The translations under genes were made by a program, and so were the position numbers. From assembly GCA_964247055.1 (NCBI GenBank), contig OZ176051.1:5394001-5458000 (forward strand): DNA of 64,000 nucleotides, in the 5' to 3' direction. The notes beneath the pieces were generated by a model. That model was not told the origin of the DNA. It was given only the letters and a program-made list of their open reading frames with translations, and made no database searches. Shown here piece after piece: positions 22,685-35,156 of this stretch; position 1 is the stretch's first letter, and every line of letters begins with the position of its first letter. The stretch is from Paragordius varius. Taxonomy: Eukaryota; Animalia; Nematomorpha.

Positions 22685-25600
22685 CTAATATTTATATTCA
22701 TAATTTTCGATTGTTTCCGGTGTGGGATCAAGATAAGGATCGTAACATATATTTTGTGTGGCGTTTGGTTTTTGCATAAAAAAACTAAAGCACATATTCA
22801 ATATTTCTGGATTATATCCAATTACCTAAATGAAAGAAATATTATATATTTCACATTGCATAACAGGCAATGAATTAAAAATATATGAAAAAAGTCGAAA
22901 TTCTAAAACCATTTTGCAACATCAAAATTTATTGTAAAACATAAACAATAATTAACTCAAGAATCAATTTTTCCAAATTTTAAAATATATTTCATTTTTA
23001 ATCAAAAGGAAATAAGTAAGAAAAATTAAATTTAATTTTTATATCGATTTTACAAATTCCCAAATCAAAATTAAAACTTGATCATCATCCGTAATATAAT
23101 CAAATAATTTTAGTTCTCCATGATGCCAACATAAGTTACGTCTTTCATTAAAAGATGTGTCGTTTTGAGGTCCATATAAATGTACAAATCGACTGGCCCA
23201 CAACTGATTTTCTGCAAAAAATATATATTTTGGTTTTATTTTTTGTAAAAATATCTTTCTGTAATCAAAAATTTTCAAATAATATTAATAATAAGCCATT
23301 TTATTTGAGTAAAATAGATGAATCGATATATTTAATAGAAAAATAGATGATTAAACGCTGACCTAACTTATTCTCCAAAAAATATATTTTACAATAACTT
23401 TTTAGATATCATAAGACATTGATATTAAAGCAATATAAATATTTAAAATATAAAAAATCAAGGTTTATTAAATATTTATTAACTGGGCCAAAATTTATTA
23501 AGTTTTTTTGTAATTATTGTTTCAACTTATATTTACAAGAGTTAAAGGAGAACTTCAAAAGTTTGATAATTAATCCGGAAAAAGGTCATCAAAAATGTAT
23601 CGAATAAACAACAAATTACATCCTGGATATATATTTCGGATTTATCGAAAATCCATTTTAATGTATTGTACATTATACGATGAATATAGTGAAAAAACAT
23701 ACTATGTTCATCCAAAAGTTTATCATTCCAAGAGGCTTCATTATTTTGATCGGCTATTTTACGTTTATAACTTTCTTGACGTGGATCAAAATCAGCTCTA
23801 TCTTTCATCCATAAATGATTTGTATTGAGTTGATAAACATAAAAATTCCAAAGCCTTCCATCAGTCACAATTGATTGTGTAGTGAGGGGATAAGTTAATT
23901 CATTAAATGGTGTAAATCCTTATTAGATGTAAAAATTAAATATATACATTTATATATACCATTTACAATTAAATTTACCCTTGATTCACCCTAAAAATAA
24001 ATTATATGTTTTCGGGATAATTTAACTCATCATTAATATGAAATATATTTTTACGACATAATTTATTATTTTTTCAGCATTATATTAATTTTAAACAACA
24101 TTTTATATTTTAAAAATATTATATAATAAAGGTAATTTTTAATCTTAAAAAACACATAATTTATATTAGGGTAAATTTAAATTGTTCGAGGGTTTGCAGT
24201 GTTCAAGGATGAATTTGAACTGTAAATGGTATATAAGATAACAAAAAGTGTTGCGCTGCCTGTTATCATTTAATAATCTTACCAAGCAAAATCGATAGAT
24301 ATGGTTAATAATATACTGTTGAATTAAAAAAATTCATTTCATATCTAATTATAATTTGTTAATTTTTTTTTATAAAATATCATACAAATAATTAGTTTAT
24401 CGGTTAAACAAAAAATTCAAACCCAAATAATACGTTGCTGCATTTAACCATGCAAAATTGTGAAGCATATTGTTTGCATGTATACGAGCCAAGACACGTG
24501 GTGTATGATATAAAGTGGTTTTATTATTACCATCACCATCTTCATTATCATTATTAGTGTCCAAGTAAATGCCTTTAAACTGATTCAATGGTTTAACCTC
24601 TTGAGTATTTGATTGTTCACCACCCATTATTCTGTCATATTCATTCATGGGTTTGACCGGGATATAACTCTCATTGTTGGCATATGATGATTCAATTGAA
24701 CTGTATATGGGTAGACCAGGGGCTGTGTTAAATGGCTCAGAGGTACGAAATGAAATGTAAGGGAAAAGAACGTTATTAGTTAAATGTTGATTTGCTTTAC
24801 GATTGGCTTCAATATCTGCTCTGATAGGATCACCTTTTCGACGTCCAAGTCTATGCATAGTACGGTAATATGCGGTATCATGGTCCTTTAAAAAACCTAA
24901 CTCCCCCCCAAAAAGGATATAAGAAAATTAAGATTAGTAGGCAATAAATAAATTCATCGTAAAAATAATTTTAATAAAATTTTAAAAAATATTTGTTTTT
25001 GTCAAAATAACCGGTTAACATATGGATAAGTAATATTGTAAAATGCATCACAAAATATCAAAGTCAAATCCGTTTAAATGTTAACGTTAAATGTAATCCA
25101 TACCTGGAATTTTTGTTTCATATTACAAAAAAAATATAAAATCGCAATTATTTTGGAAAACGATATTGAAAAACGCATAAATTACCAGGTTTCGGACACC
25201 AAGAAACCTTTTCAGTATTTAATCCAAAGTACACGGGATTGTAATTAAACATTTCAACGTCACCCCTAACTGATTCCGAATCAAGTGGAACAATCTATAT
25301 TATAAACCATTTTTTAGTCATTAAAAAATATAATATATAATTATAAAAGAGATACTGGTTAAATTAACCCTATCTATAAAATTCCGCGTTATGTTTTCGA
25401 CAGAAAATTACTTTTCAATTTTTTCGATAATTATTAAAACACAAACATTTTAAAAATAAATATCCCCGAAATAAGCGGCAAACAATAATATTTAATAAAT
25501 TAAAAGTTAACTTTTGATCAAACAGGAACATAAGTGAGAATTCCATTAAAATTATTAATATTTTTTTCTAAAAAAAACCGGTGTTAAAGGATAAGGTAAT

Positions 25601-27171
25601 CTTATATTGCAATCAAGGGTGGTTGAATAATTATATGCGAGGGCGCATTCATCTGACCAATACGCTCGGATATGGGAAACGGGCCTTATATACCCTCCTC
25701 TACACCATGAATAATCTAATTTGACATTTTGATCAATCTATCATAAAATAATAAAATAAAAATATAAATGTTTTATGCAAAATTATTGAAAATGATAAGA
25801 TTACTGAGTAGAGAGGGAAAATAAGATGGTGCAAAAAAAGTGTCTGGTCAAAAATATATCCAGTCGATTTTACACAAACTGAAGGTATATCAGTTAAAGA
25901 AAACTAAATTTATCTAATTTAAATATAAAGATCCACGAGAAAATTCTTAGATAGAAACCACGATTCCATATTAAAAGTACAAATATTTTTCAAAACTAAA
26001 ATCAAATGTATGCATTGTATGAGCGTGTAAACTTTTAATCAATAAAAAATAGCTCGTAAAAATTTAAAAATGGTCGTTTTTTTAATAAACCATATTACAC
26101 TATTTACAGTTCAAATTCATCCTTGAACAATTCAAATTCCCCCTCGAACAATTAAAATTTACCCTAAAACAAATTAAGTGTTTTTTTAAGATTAAAAAAA
26201 CACTTTATCTCTTAATATTTTTAAAAAATGAAATTCTATTTAATATTAATATAACGCTGAGAAAATAATAAGCTATAAATATATATTTCATATTGATGAT
26301 GAGTTATATTAGCCAGAAAACACATAATTTATTTTTAGGGTGAATTTGAATTGTTCCAAGGATGAAATTGATTGTTCGAGGGTAAATTTGAATTGTTTAA
26401 GGGTGAATTTATAAATGGTATATTTAAAAGCAAATTTAAAAACATCAATTTAAATAAATTGAAATATATATCGGTAAAGCCGAAATATGACTATCAAGAC
26501 TATAATGGTAAAAATAAATATTTTTGTTATTGAAGAGGTATATCCCATAAAAAAAGTTTATAAAGATATTAAATATAAAATCCTTTATCAACCCGATATA
26601 TCGGCCAAAACATATTCTATATAATAAAAAATATATTCATATTATATATTAATTAAACCATTTTATTTACCATAGCTTCCTTTAGCAATAAATTTTGATT
26701 GATTGTGTTAGACATGCAGATATTAAGCATAATCCGTTGTAAATCCTTAATTCTATGTGCATTACTTTGATATATTTTATGCTTAAATGCATGAACAATA
26801 TTAGCAACAAAAATGTTATGCATATTCTCTCCAAGTTTGTGATCGGAATAAGGTTTGGGTAAACTAGATATCAAATGTGTTTTCGTAATATATTGTGAAA
26901 ATAATAGATTATTTTCAGGAATATTCCAATACTCTGGTATAATAAATTTATAGGTTGGGTATGATTGCATTAGTGATTCGAATCGGTTATTTATGTAACG
27001 CAATTTAGCCTCATAAAATTTGCATTGCAAAATATCCAACGACCTTTGAACACGATTCCCTTTAATTTCTGGTATATTACGAGGTGGAACATTAACTGGA
27101 AAATGAGAGTCAATTAAATTTGATTTAGCGATGGGCAAGGATAAAAATCGAACCTGAATTTTAAATGCCAT
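22685..27171 (-). CDS. MRPS30: Mitochondrial ribosomal protein mL65 (MRPS30)
   Basis: Exons 27171-26671, 25737-25579, 25294-25186, 24896-24423, 23918-23703, 23211-23078 and 22825-22685. Motifs FSQYITKTHLISSLP, DYSWCRGG, IVPLD, RIHANNMLHNFAWLNAATYYLG|FTPFNELTYPLTTQSIVTDGRLWNFYVYQLNT, RRNLCWHHGELKLFDYI and VIGYNPEIL match the remembered human motifs [66 protein letters not shown] and VKGFNDDVL. Confidence 0.9.
23955..24233. mobile_element. Foldback-type MITE, copy 3 (in MRPS30 intron 4)
   Basis: TA|TACCATTTACA ... TGTAAATGGTA|TA terminal inverted repeats with a TA target-like flank. Confidence 0.8.
26096..26422. mobile_element. Foldback-type MITE, copy 4 (in MRPS30 intron 1)
   Basis: Three 21-bp subrepeats per arm; ends ATAAATGGTATA. 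Confidence 0.78.
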
Positions 27172-30100
27172 GCGTTTTTTGACAAAGATGTTCACAATAT
27201 GATATTTAAAACCATGTTAGTTTCTTTAATTGTATTAGTAATGAAAAATTCGTTAATATTTATAGCATATAATTTTGGGGAGCTCACCTGTGTTTAAACT
27301 TCTATAATTATATACAATTTTCAAAATATGATTGTCAATAATTTTTATATATTATAAAATAACTTTTTTTGATTCAGCTATTTGCAGGTAAAAAGTTTGG
27401 ACAACGCTGAAAATTAAAAGTTGAAAAAGAAAATTTGTTGTCATACTTAATTTAATTATCAATCATAACCAGCTTCTTTAGCAAGATATTATTTACAAAA
27501 ATGTATCTGCTAAGGAAGTATAATATATTTTAAAATATTTTTGTTATTCAAGACGCTAAATATATATATACATCATAGTTTGTGTGGCACATTTAAAAAA
27601 GGCGTAAGATGGGAATTTGATAACAAAATTTCTTGATTTATTATTTTAAAAAGAGAATGCCTTTTTTAGAAGGTCGCTCAAAAATTATAAAGGGAAGTTT
27701 TACAAGAAATAAATTTATAAATCTTTAAATTTTTTCTTCAAATTTCTTCATATGTATGTTTTTTTATTATAAAGGCATAATATTAGCATACTTTGCCGTA
27801 AACAAGGGGTATTTTATAATTGCTTGAAATAAATTTTCTCTCTCTATAAAAACTAATATATTTTACAGTGTATCGAAGTATATAAATAATATTATCCTAG
27901 AATAAATATTTTTATAGATAAATGCATGGATTTTCGTTGTTTTTGGAGCTTATTTATATTATAAATTACCTTTTGGACAACACATTCATTTCAGTCCTTT
28001 AATTCAAATTGAGATAGTTGGATACCCCAGACCTGTTAAAATAAAATATTTTAAAAAATATGGTAGGAATCGATACCATCTAGCATTAATAACCCGAAAT
28101 ACATAAAAAATTTATATAAAATTACTTGATAAAGGTAAAAATTTAGTCAATGTAACGTGTGTGCATTGGCTAAATTGTAAAACAATACAAAATACACCAC
28201 TTCTTCTATTTTTATCATTGTTAGATGTAATTTAAATAAAAAACTAGCTTCAGTTTTACCTTAAAAATTAAATGGACATGGTATTTCCAAATTAATAAAA
28301 AATGGCGTCAAAGTAGTTTTTTGACATAGAACTTTTTTAAAAACGAAATTTATCTAGATATTTTGGCTTTTTTGTATAATTTTTTATTAGGATAGAAGAA
28401 TAAATTTAAATTAGGACAGTTTCCTTCAGTAGTTTTTTAAAAATATTTTAAATTTTGTCTGGGGTATTTAGATACCCCAATTAGAATCGAAATGTTAAAT
28501 ATGCATTCTTTAGTAACAGTTTTTTTATCAAAAAAAAGTAAATAAATATTAACCATTCTTTGGCCACCATATTTTATCAATGGTTATTTTAAATTACGAC
28601 AATTAATATATATTAGGGTTGATGTGCAATAAGAAAGCTTTAAATAGAATCTTTTTTTATAATTTATTTCAAAATCCGCTCTTTGGCTCTATCGTATTTT
28701 AGAGCTACAATTATGATTGAAAAATTGTAGAAATATTAGCTTTAAAATTTAATACATGAATGTTTAACTAACTTCTTACAACTTTCAAAACAGTAGTTTG
28801 TTGTCCAGTTTAAGCTCTAAGTTGACTTCCCCGTATAATCTTCCAAAAATGAAAAGGAAAGTTTTTAAAAAGATCTACTTCTTGTGTTCTAATATATATA
28901 TATATATATATATAATATATAGATAGATATAAGTTTACGAGATAGCGTGTAAAAAATAGTTTCCTAAAATATAATATATATTATAATGAACCCAAAGATG
29001 GTGCTCTGGCTTTGAGGGGTCCGAATCAAAGAAAGTCATTTACACTTTTATCATATAGTTGTGTATCAGAGAGCAATTCCTATCGAGTAAAAATTTTTGG
29101 TACAATATTAATTTACATTTATTAAAAAGTCAGAAACATATAGACCGCTCTAAAATGAGCTAATTTATAAAATAAACGCAAAATGCCGCGATTTGCATCA
29201 TAATATTTTTATTATTTATGTTAGATTATGATATCAAATTACAAAAAATGCATAGCTTTTTAATTCATATTTTGCAAATTTTGCTCAAGGGTATTTTAAT
29301 ACATAGCCGAAAAGGTAAAAAAACAATCGGATATTTTTTAACATGGATTCAAAGGCTACGCAAATTTAGCTGGCAGAAGTCACAAATATTTTCTTAGCTG
29401 CGCTTTATCTCACAAATACCTAGGTGTTCCAAAAAATATTCAATTAATTGTAACTTTTTTATATATAATTGGATATCTAAATAAATCATTGATTGCATAA
29501 AATTTTTATTTAAATATCATTCTCACCAGTGGTCAATATCTAATATATAGGTAAAATGTATTTTACACCATACAGTCAGTGTTGCAAAATACATTTATAT
29601 GGACGTTGTTCTTTTTTTTCACAAATTAAGGACTGATGTTACTCGAAAAGTTAAGCCTTCTGAAGATAGTCATTTTTAATTAAAATGTGAATAAAACTAG
29701 CTTAGAATTTATATTATTAAAAAAATTCTTAAAAATTAGATGTAAAAAATTAATTGGGAACTATTGAATTAACTAATAAATAGCATCCATATTAGAAATG
29801 AAAGGCCTGCGGCCTTAAAGGTTTCTGACACTGAATTATTTAGTCCAGTTGTAGATGTACCTATTTTGAGTGTAAATATCTACTAATGTGTCAGACAGCT
29901 ATAAAAGTTTTATCTGTAATATGTGCTTCAGGGACCTTGAGACAAGATTTTTTGTGGGCCTTAAACTTTTTATCATTTACAACTGAACTAGGCTATTATT
30001 AAATTATAAATATTAATTTTTAAGATTTGAATTTCTAAATAAAAAATATGCCCAAAACCTTTATTGTATTGTAACATTTAATAGTATTATTTTATTTAAA

Positions 30101-31308
30101 ATCAATACTAATTTTAAAGGTTAGCCTATAAACAGGCTTGTTTACCAATAATATTGCAACTCTTGCAAAACAACATCATCTAAAAACCCCATAGCTTTTC
30201 ATTTATATAGGAGATGGAATATAAAAATATTTACATTTTAGAAAAATATTCCTTTCAACCATGATTATTCGGAGCATAGGTAATTTCTTATTTTAAATAT
30301 TAAAATTTTTGATTAATTTATGTTAAAAAGTCAGAATTCGAGAATTTACTCCATGATAATTTTAAATGGTATCTAACAGGATATCTTGTTTGAAATCACA
30401 AAAAAACTTTTCCTAAAATCATTTTATTGATATATAACAGGGGTGGCCAACTTTTTTTCCCGCGGACTACTTTTTTGGGAGAAAATTTCACGTGGGCACG
30501 TAAAAAAATTTTTTTTATGAGGTAGCTTAAGACCTGCGAACTATTTTGCCGCAAAAATTTTAATGACGACCTTTTCGAAAATTAAGAGTAATAAAAAGTG
30601 AAAATTAGGGATAATCAAAGATAATTCAAAAAACAATGATAAAATTTGAGATATTATGGTTTATTATCATTTTTAGAGATAATTTTCAATGTATAAATAG
30701 CCTAAAATCATAAGTTAGGGCTTATCTCAGCTCAAAAGATGGCGTTTTTCTTCTAACACACTTAAGAGACAAAAATTTTTTATAAAATTCTAATAAAATA
30801 ATTTTTTTAATTATTTACCAGCTGACCTCACTATTAAAATCTTATTCATATGTTGTAAACTTATTTAATAAAACTAAAAAATATTGTTTATTATTTTTTA
30901 ATTTTTTTGTCATCTGGTTTATGAGTGTATAAAAAATTTACTGCTGTTTTATTTCGGAATCACAATTAAATCCTATCATGCATAAATTATATACTTTTGC
31001 CACACATGTAAGATTCCATAATAAAATAGTATAAATTTTTTATAAACTCATATGTGTAAAAATAAAAAACAATATTTTTAGTATTTTGATATATAGGTAA
31101 TTTTACTGAATAAAATATGAATGATTTTAATGGTTAGTTTAACTAGTAAATGATTAACAAAAATTGTTTCACAGTGATATTTTTACATGATTAGGGTTTG
31201 GGATATAAAACAAAAAATTAAAAGGTCATTAATGTTAAAGTAGCCCTTTGTATTTTTAAACCTTAAATTGATTAATAGATATAACTGTAAATCTTTTAAC
31301 TTCTCCGT

Positions 31309-31311
<3 letters not shown>

Positions 31312-31351
<40 letters not shown>
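31312..31351. repeat. (TA)n microsatellite
   Basis: Direct reading. Confidence 0.95.
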
Positions 31352-31353
<2 letters not shown>

Positions 31354-31355
<2 letters not shown>

Positions 31356-31734
31356 AGGGCTTCTCAAACTTTTTTATTTCCCGACCCCATTTATGATTGT
31401 AGTTTCTTAACGACCCCAACAAATCTTAAAGAAAAATAAATTAATATTTTTTGATGATATATTTATTGGGTAACAATAAACATATCACATGATAATATAT
31501 AAATTTAGAATTTGTTTTGAAACATATAAACAATTTAAAATTGGATTGCACAAAATGTTATAGAAATGTTTTTATTATAATTTAAAAACAAAAGTTAATT
31601 CTGACCCTTAATTTTGATACATTTATCTACGATCATTGTTATTTATATAACAATAATTTTGCAAGTTAAAAAACACTTGTTGTCAAATTGTATCTTTATC
31701 ACTCGCGACCCCACCCATAGTTTAAGAAGCCCCG
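31354..31734. mobile_element. hAT-like MITE
   Basis: Terminal inverted repeats CAAGGGCTTCTCAAACT / AGTTTAAGAAGCCCCG with subterminal CGACCCC motifs. No clean TSD is visible. Confidence 0.55.
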
Positions 31735-34700
31735 ATCTTTTTTTGGTTGTGCTTCATATGTTTTGCATTTTAATCCTTTATACAAGAAAGTTAAAACATA
31801 TGTTAAATAAAGGGAACTATTTATGCCAATTGGGTTATTTAATTAGATAAAGAGTAATTTAACACACATGTCCAATGGTATGCATGATTTTTCATTTTTA
31901 TTAATTACATAATTGATTGAAATTGTAGAGAAAAAATATAAAATATCATCATGTTAGCTATAATTTAAATGTAACTAATTTTTATACCGACAATGTAACC
32001 CGTTCAATTTACACACAGAAATTACCAATAATAGCTCTTGTTACTGACACTGTGAGACAAAATTGGGGGATGCGGCAGAAGTTAGGATTAGCTATTTCAG
32101 AATAAGTATAATAAAATAAGATGTTAGTATAGTAAAAAAAAATAAGTTTACTTTTAGTCAAACCAAAATAACTTGGTTCATATTGAGTCCAAAAACAAGA
32201 ATGAAAACGCATCAGCTAAGTGTATAAATTCCGAAATTTGATCGCAAAATATTTTAATTGATATTACTATCTTAAAATAACTAAAACACCACATACAAAA
32301 AGAAACATCTTGAAATATAATTGCGCTGATAAAATATTTGTCACGATTAATCAAGATGCTTTTTTCGGGACTTAATAGACATTTATGACAGTTATATTAA
32401 CTTTAGGGTAATCGAAAATTAGTTTGGACTTATCACGCCGAAAAAAATTTTTAGCAGAACGAAATTTCTCCATCCAATGTCATTATAGAGTGTGCGCAAT
32501 AAAAATATATCTTAATGGAATTTGTATGTCCTGATGCGTTTGGTTTTGGGCTTACCGGTGATATAAGAAGGATATTTGCATTTTTTTGATATTTCGATAT
32601 CGTAAACCCGCAAGATTAGCGCAATTAGGCTAATTAAATTTTTTTGTTAAAAGTTAGAGTATTTATAAAGCAAAACTATACATTAAAAAAATTAATTTTT
32701 AAGATCTGGGCTCCGAAAGATTTTTGGTCCTCTTTAAAATGATCTAGTCTTTTAAAATAACGGCAAAATGCCATTGGCGATAAATTATGCTATATATGGC
32801 ATCAAAAGGGTATTTTTGAAAAAATGTATACTTTCAAAAATTAAATTATTAGTAAAATTTTGTTAAAGCATAATTTATGATATTTTGAAACATGTTGGAA
32901 ACGGGATAAAAACGCAAGATGTTATTACAACACTTTGTCAATATGAACGATAATGCTGAATATTTTTATGACCATTTCGATATAAAGGTTCGTTGATTTA
33001 AAAAAAGCAATTTTTTTAAGATAAACACGAAGAACGAATTGTTTAATCGTTTAAACTGATAGAAATGTTCATTATCAATTTTTAGAGAAAAAGTTTTTAT
33101 AATATCGTAAAGCGTTTTTATACCGTTATCATTCTTCAAAATAACAAGAAATACGTTTAATAAAATTTTTATAAAACTTAAATTTTTGAACAAAGCAGGC
33201 ATTTTCATAAAAAAGTCATTTTTGATATAATCTAGCACAGTCATATTCAACCGTAACCCTAAAAATGCTTTTTATGGCCCTGAATTAAATTTTTTTGTGC
33301 TTAGAAATATTAACTCAAAAATTTTAAGTGCGATCCATATTTATTTATTTTTTTGCATTGAAAATCGATATTTTTTCAATTGCAAAACTTTATTTTCTGG
33401 AAGAATTTCCTCATTTTTGAAACTCATGTTTCGGTTTTGATCATACGCATCTTATAAAAGCATTTATCGATCACAGTGATTCTAGTTTAAATTTTTAAAA
33501 TCCTTAAGGGTAAAGGTATGTTGAGTTTTTGGCAAGATACAACTAAATATCAATATATATAATGAGCTGAAATTTTCCTTATTGTTTTGTCTTAACTATT
33601 GAGGCGACATATTTTAATTAAATATGTAAAGAGATCTAGGGATATGACGTTAAATTGGCCTGTTATGATATTTCGATTTGTTAAAAAACACTGGTTAATA
33701 TTAAAATATGTCCATATTGTCGAACATATTATCAAAATATTTGTGTATAACCCCCAAAAAATCTTGGTTTTCTGATTTAATCTATAAAAATCCGCATATA
33801 TGCAATATTTGTAGGTATTATATTAAGGCTTTTGCAATTTTATTCAGCTCGTAAATTTTAGTGAGTACAACTGATCTAGCATATATTAAAAATAGCGGAA
33901 AATGGCATTTAGGCGTATTTTAAGAGAACTGAACCATTATATAGTGGAGCAAATACTTGAGACTTTCGGAACCCACAGCTTAAAATTAAGGTAGTTACAA
34001 ATATTGTTATGCTTTATAAATATATTTATATATTCTAATAATTTTTTTTGATATAAAAAAGGATGCGTTTACGAAAAATTTTTTTATTAAACATAATAGA
34101 ACTAATCTTGCAAGCTTACAATAACTAACAAATGCCAAAAAAAGTGCAAGAATTTTCTTATATCACTTGTAAGACCCAAAACCAAAAGGATCAGAATGAT
34201 GGATTTTTCTTCCAGAAAATACATATTTTATAAAGAAAAGTGTATTGTTGACAGTTTTTTTAACCGAATGTTAGTGGAATAAAATGAGTCATTTGTCCGA
34301 AAAAAAATCAAATTACATATTTTATATTGACTCTTAATTAACATATTTTAAGGAAAAAGCAAAATATGAAATACAAATTTTGGGCATTTATTGCTTAATT
34401 TGTTAAAGCTTTAAAAAAATATATATAGAAGCTTAAAATCTCGTATTGTGTCTCAATTAGGCTAATCTAATTAAAATTTAAGTCAATCCTTAAAACATCT
34501 GCTAGCTAATAACCTTTGCTATCTGATAGTTTAAAGTTGGTGGTTTTCTCTCAAACGTAATTCGCATTTAATCATAAATTTAGACTGTCTGCGTTTCGAT
34601 TAAAGACAATTATCCGGTATGAAATGGTTTTAGTAATAATTGCTTTACAAATAATTATCCTTTGAGATGATATTCAAAGTTTTTTGACCTCTTGCTATGT

Positions 34701-34847
34701 GCTAATATGTTTGTCAACAAAGGGGCGTTGTAAAGCATCTAAGATGTCTATCATCCAACAAAACAGAGTTACTTCTGATTAGTTGAACAAAGGCACTTAT
34801 TTGTACACATACGTGAAAACGGCCATTAAGATCATAATAGATTATAT

Positions 34848-35156
34848 TATACCATTTACAATTCAATTTCACCCTTAAACAATTCAAATTCACCCTTAAA
34901 CAATTCGAATTCACCCTTGAACAATTCAAATACACCCTCGAACAATTCAATTTCACCCTCAAATAAAATATATGTTTTTTAAGATTAAAAATTACCAATA
35001 TTTTTATATATTTTTAAAGAATAAAAGTTTTGTTTTAAATTAAAATAATACTGAAAAAATAAACTATAACATAAACATATATTTCATATTAATAATAAGT
35101 TAAATTTTTTTAGGGTGAATTTGAATTGTTTAAGGGTGAATTTGATAAATGCTATA
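34848..35156. mobile_element. Foldback-type MITE, copy 5
   Basis: Left arm has about five tandem TTCACCCTyrAACAATTCrAA units, which generate the spurious NCSRV/NCLRV ORF at 34714-34998. The right arm is inverted. Confidence 0.8.

Noticed and set aside
33901-34270. Candidate gene MAFRRILRELNHY... with a second exon at ~34173
   Set aside because: The second exon is an inverted copy of sequence at ~32520-32580 (TTCTTATATCAC..CCAAAACCAAA.GCATCAG), so it is repeat-derived. No recognisable product.
34714-34998. ORF with NCSRV/NCLRV peptide repeats
   Set aside because: It is the translation of the 21-bp subrepeats of a foldback MITE.
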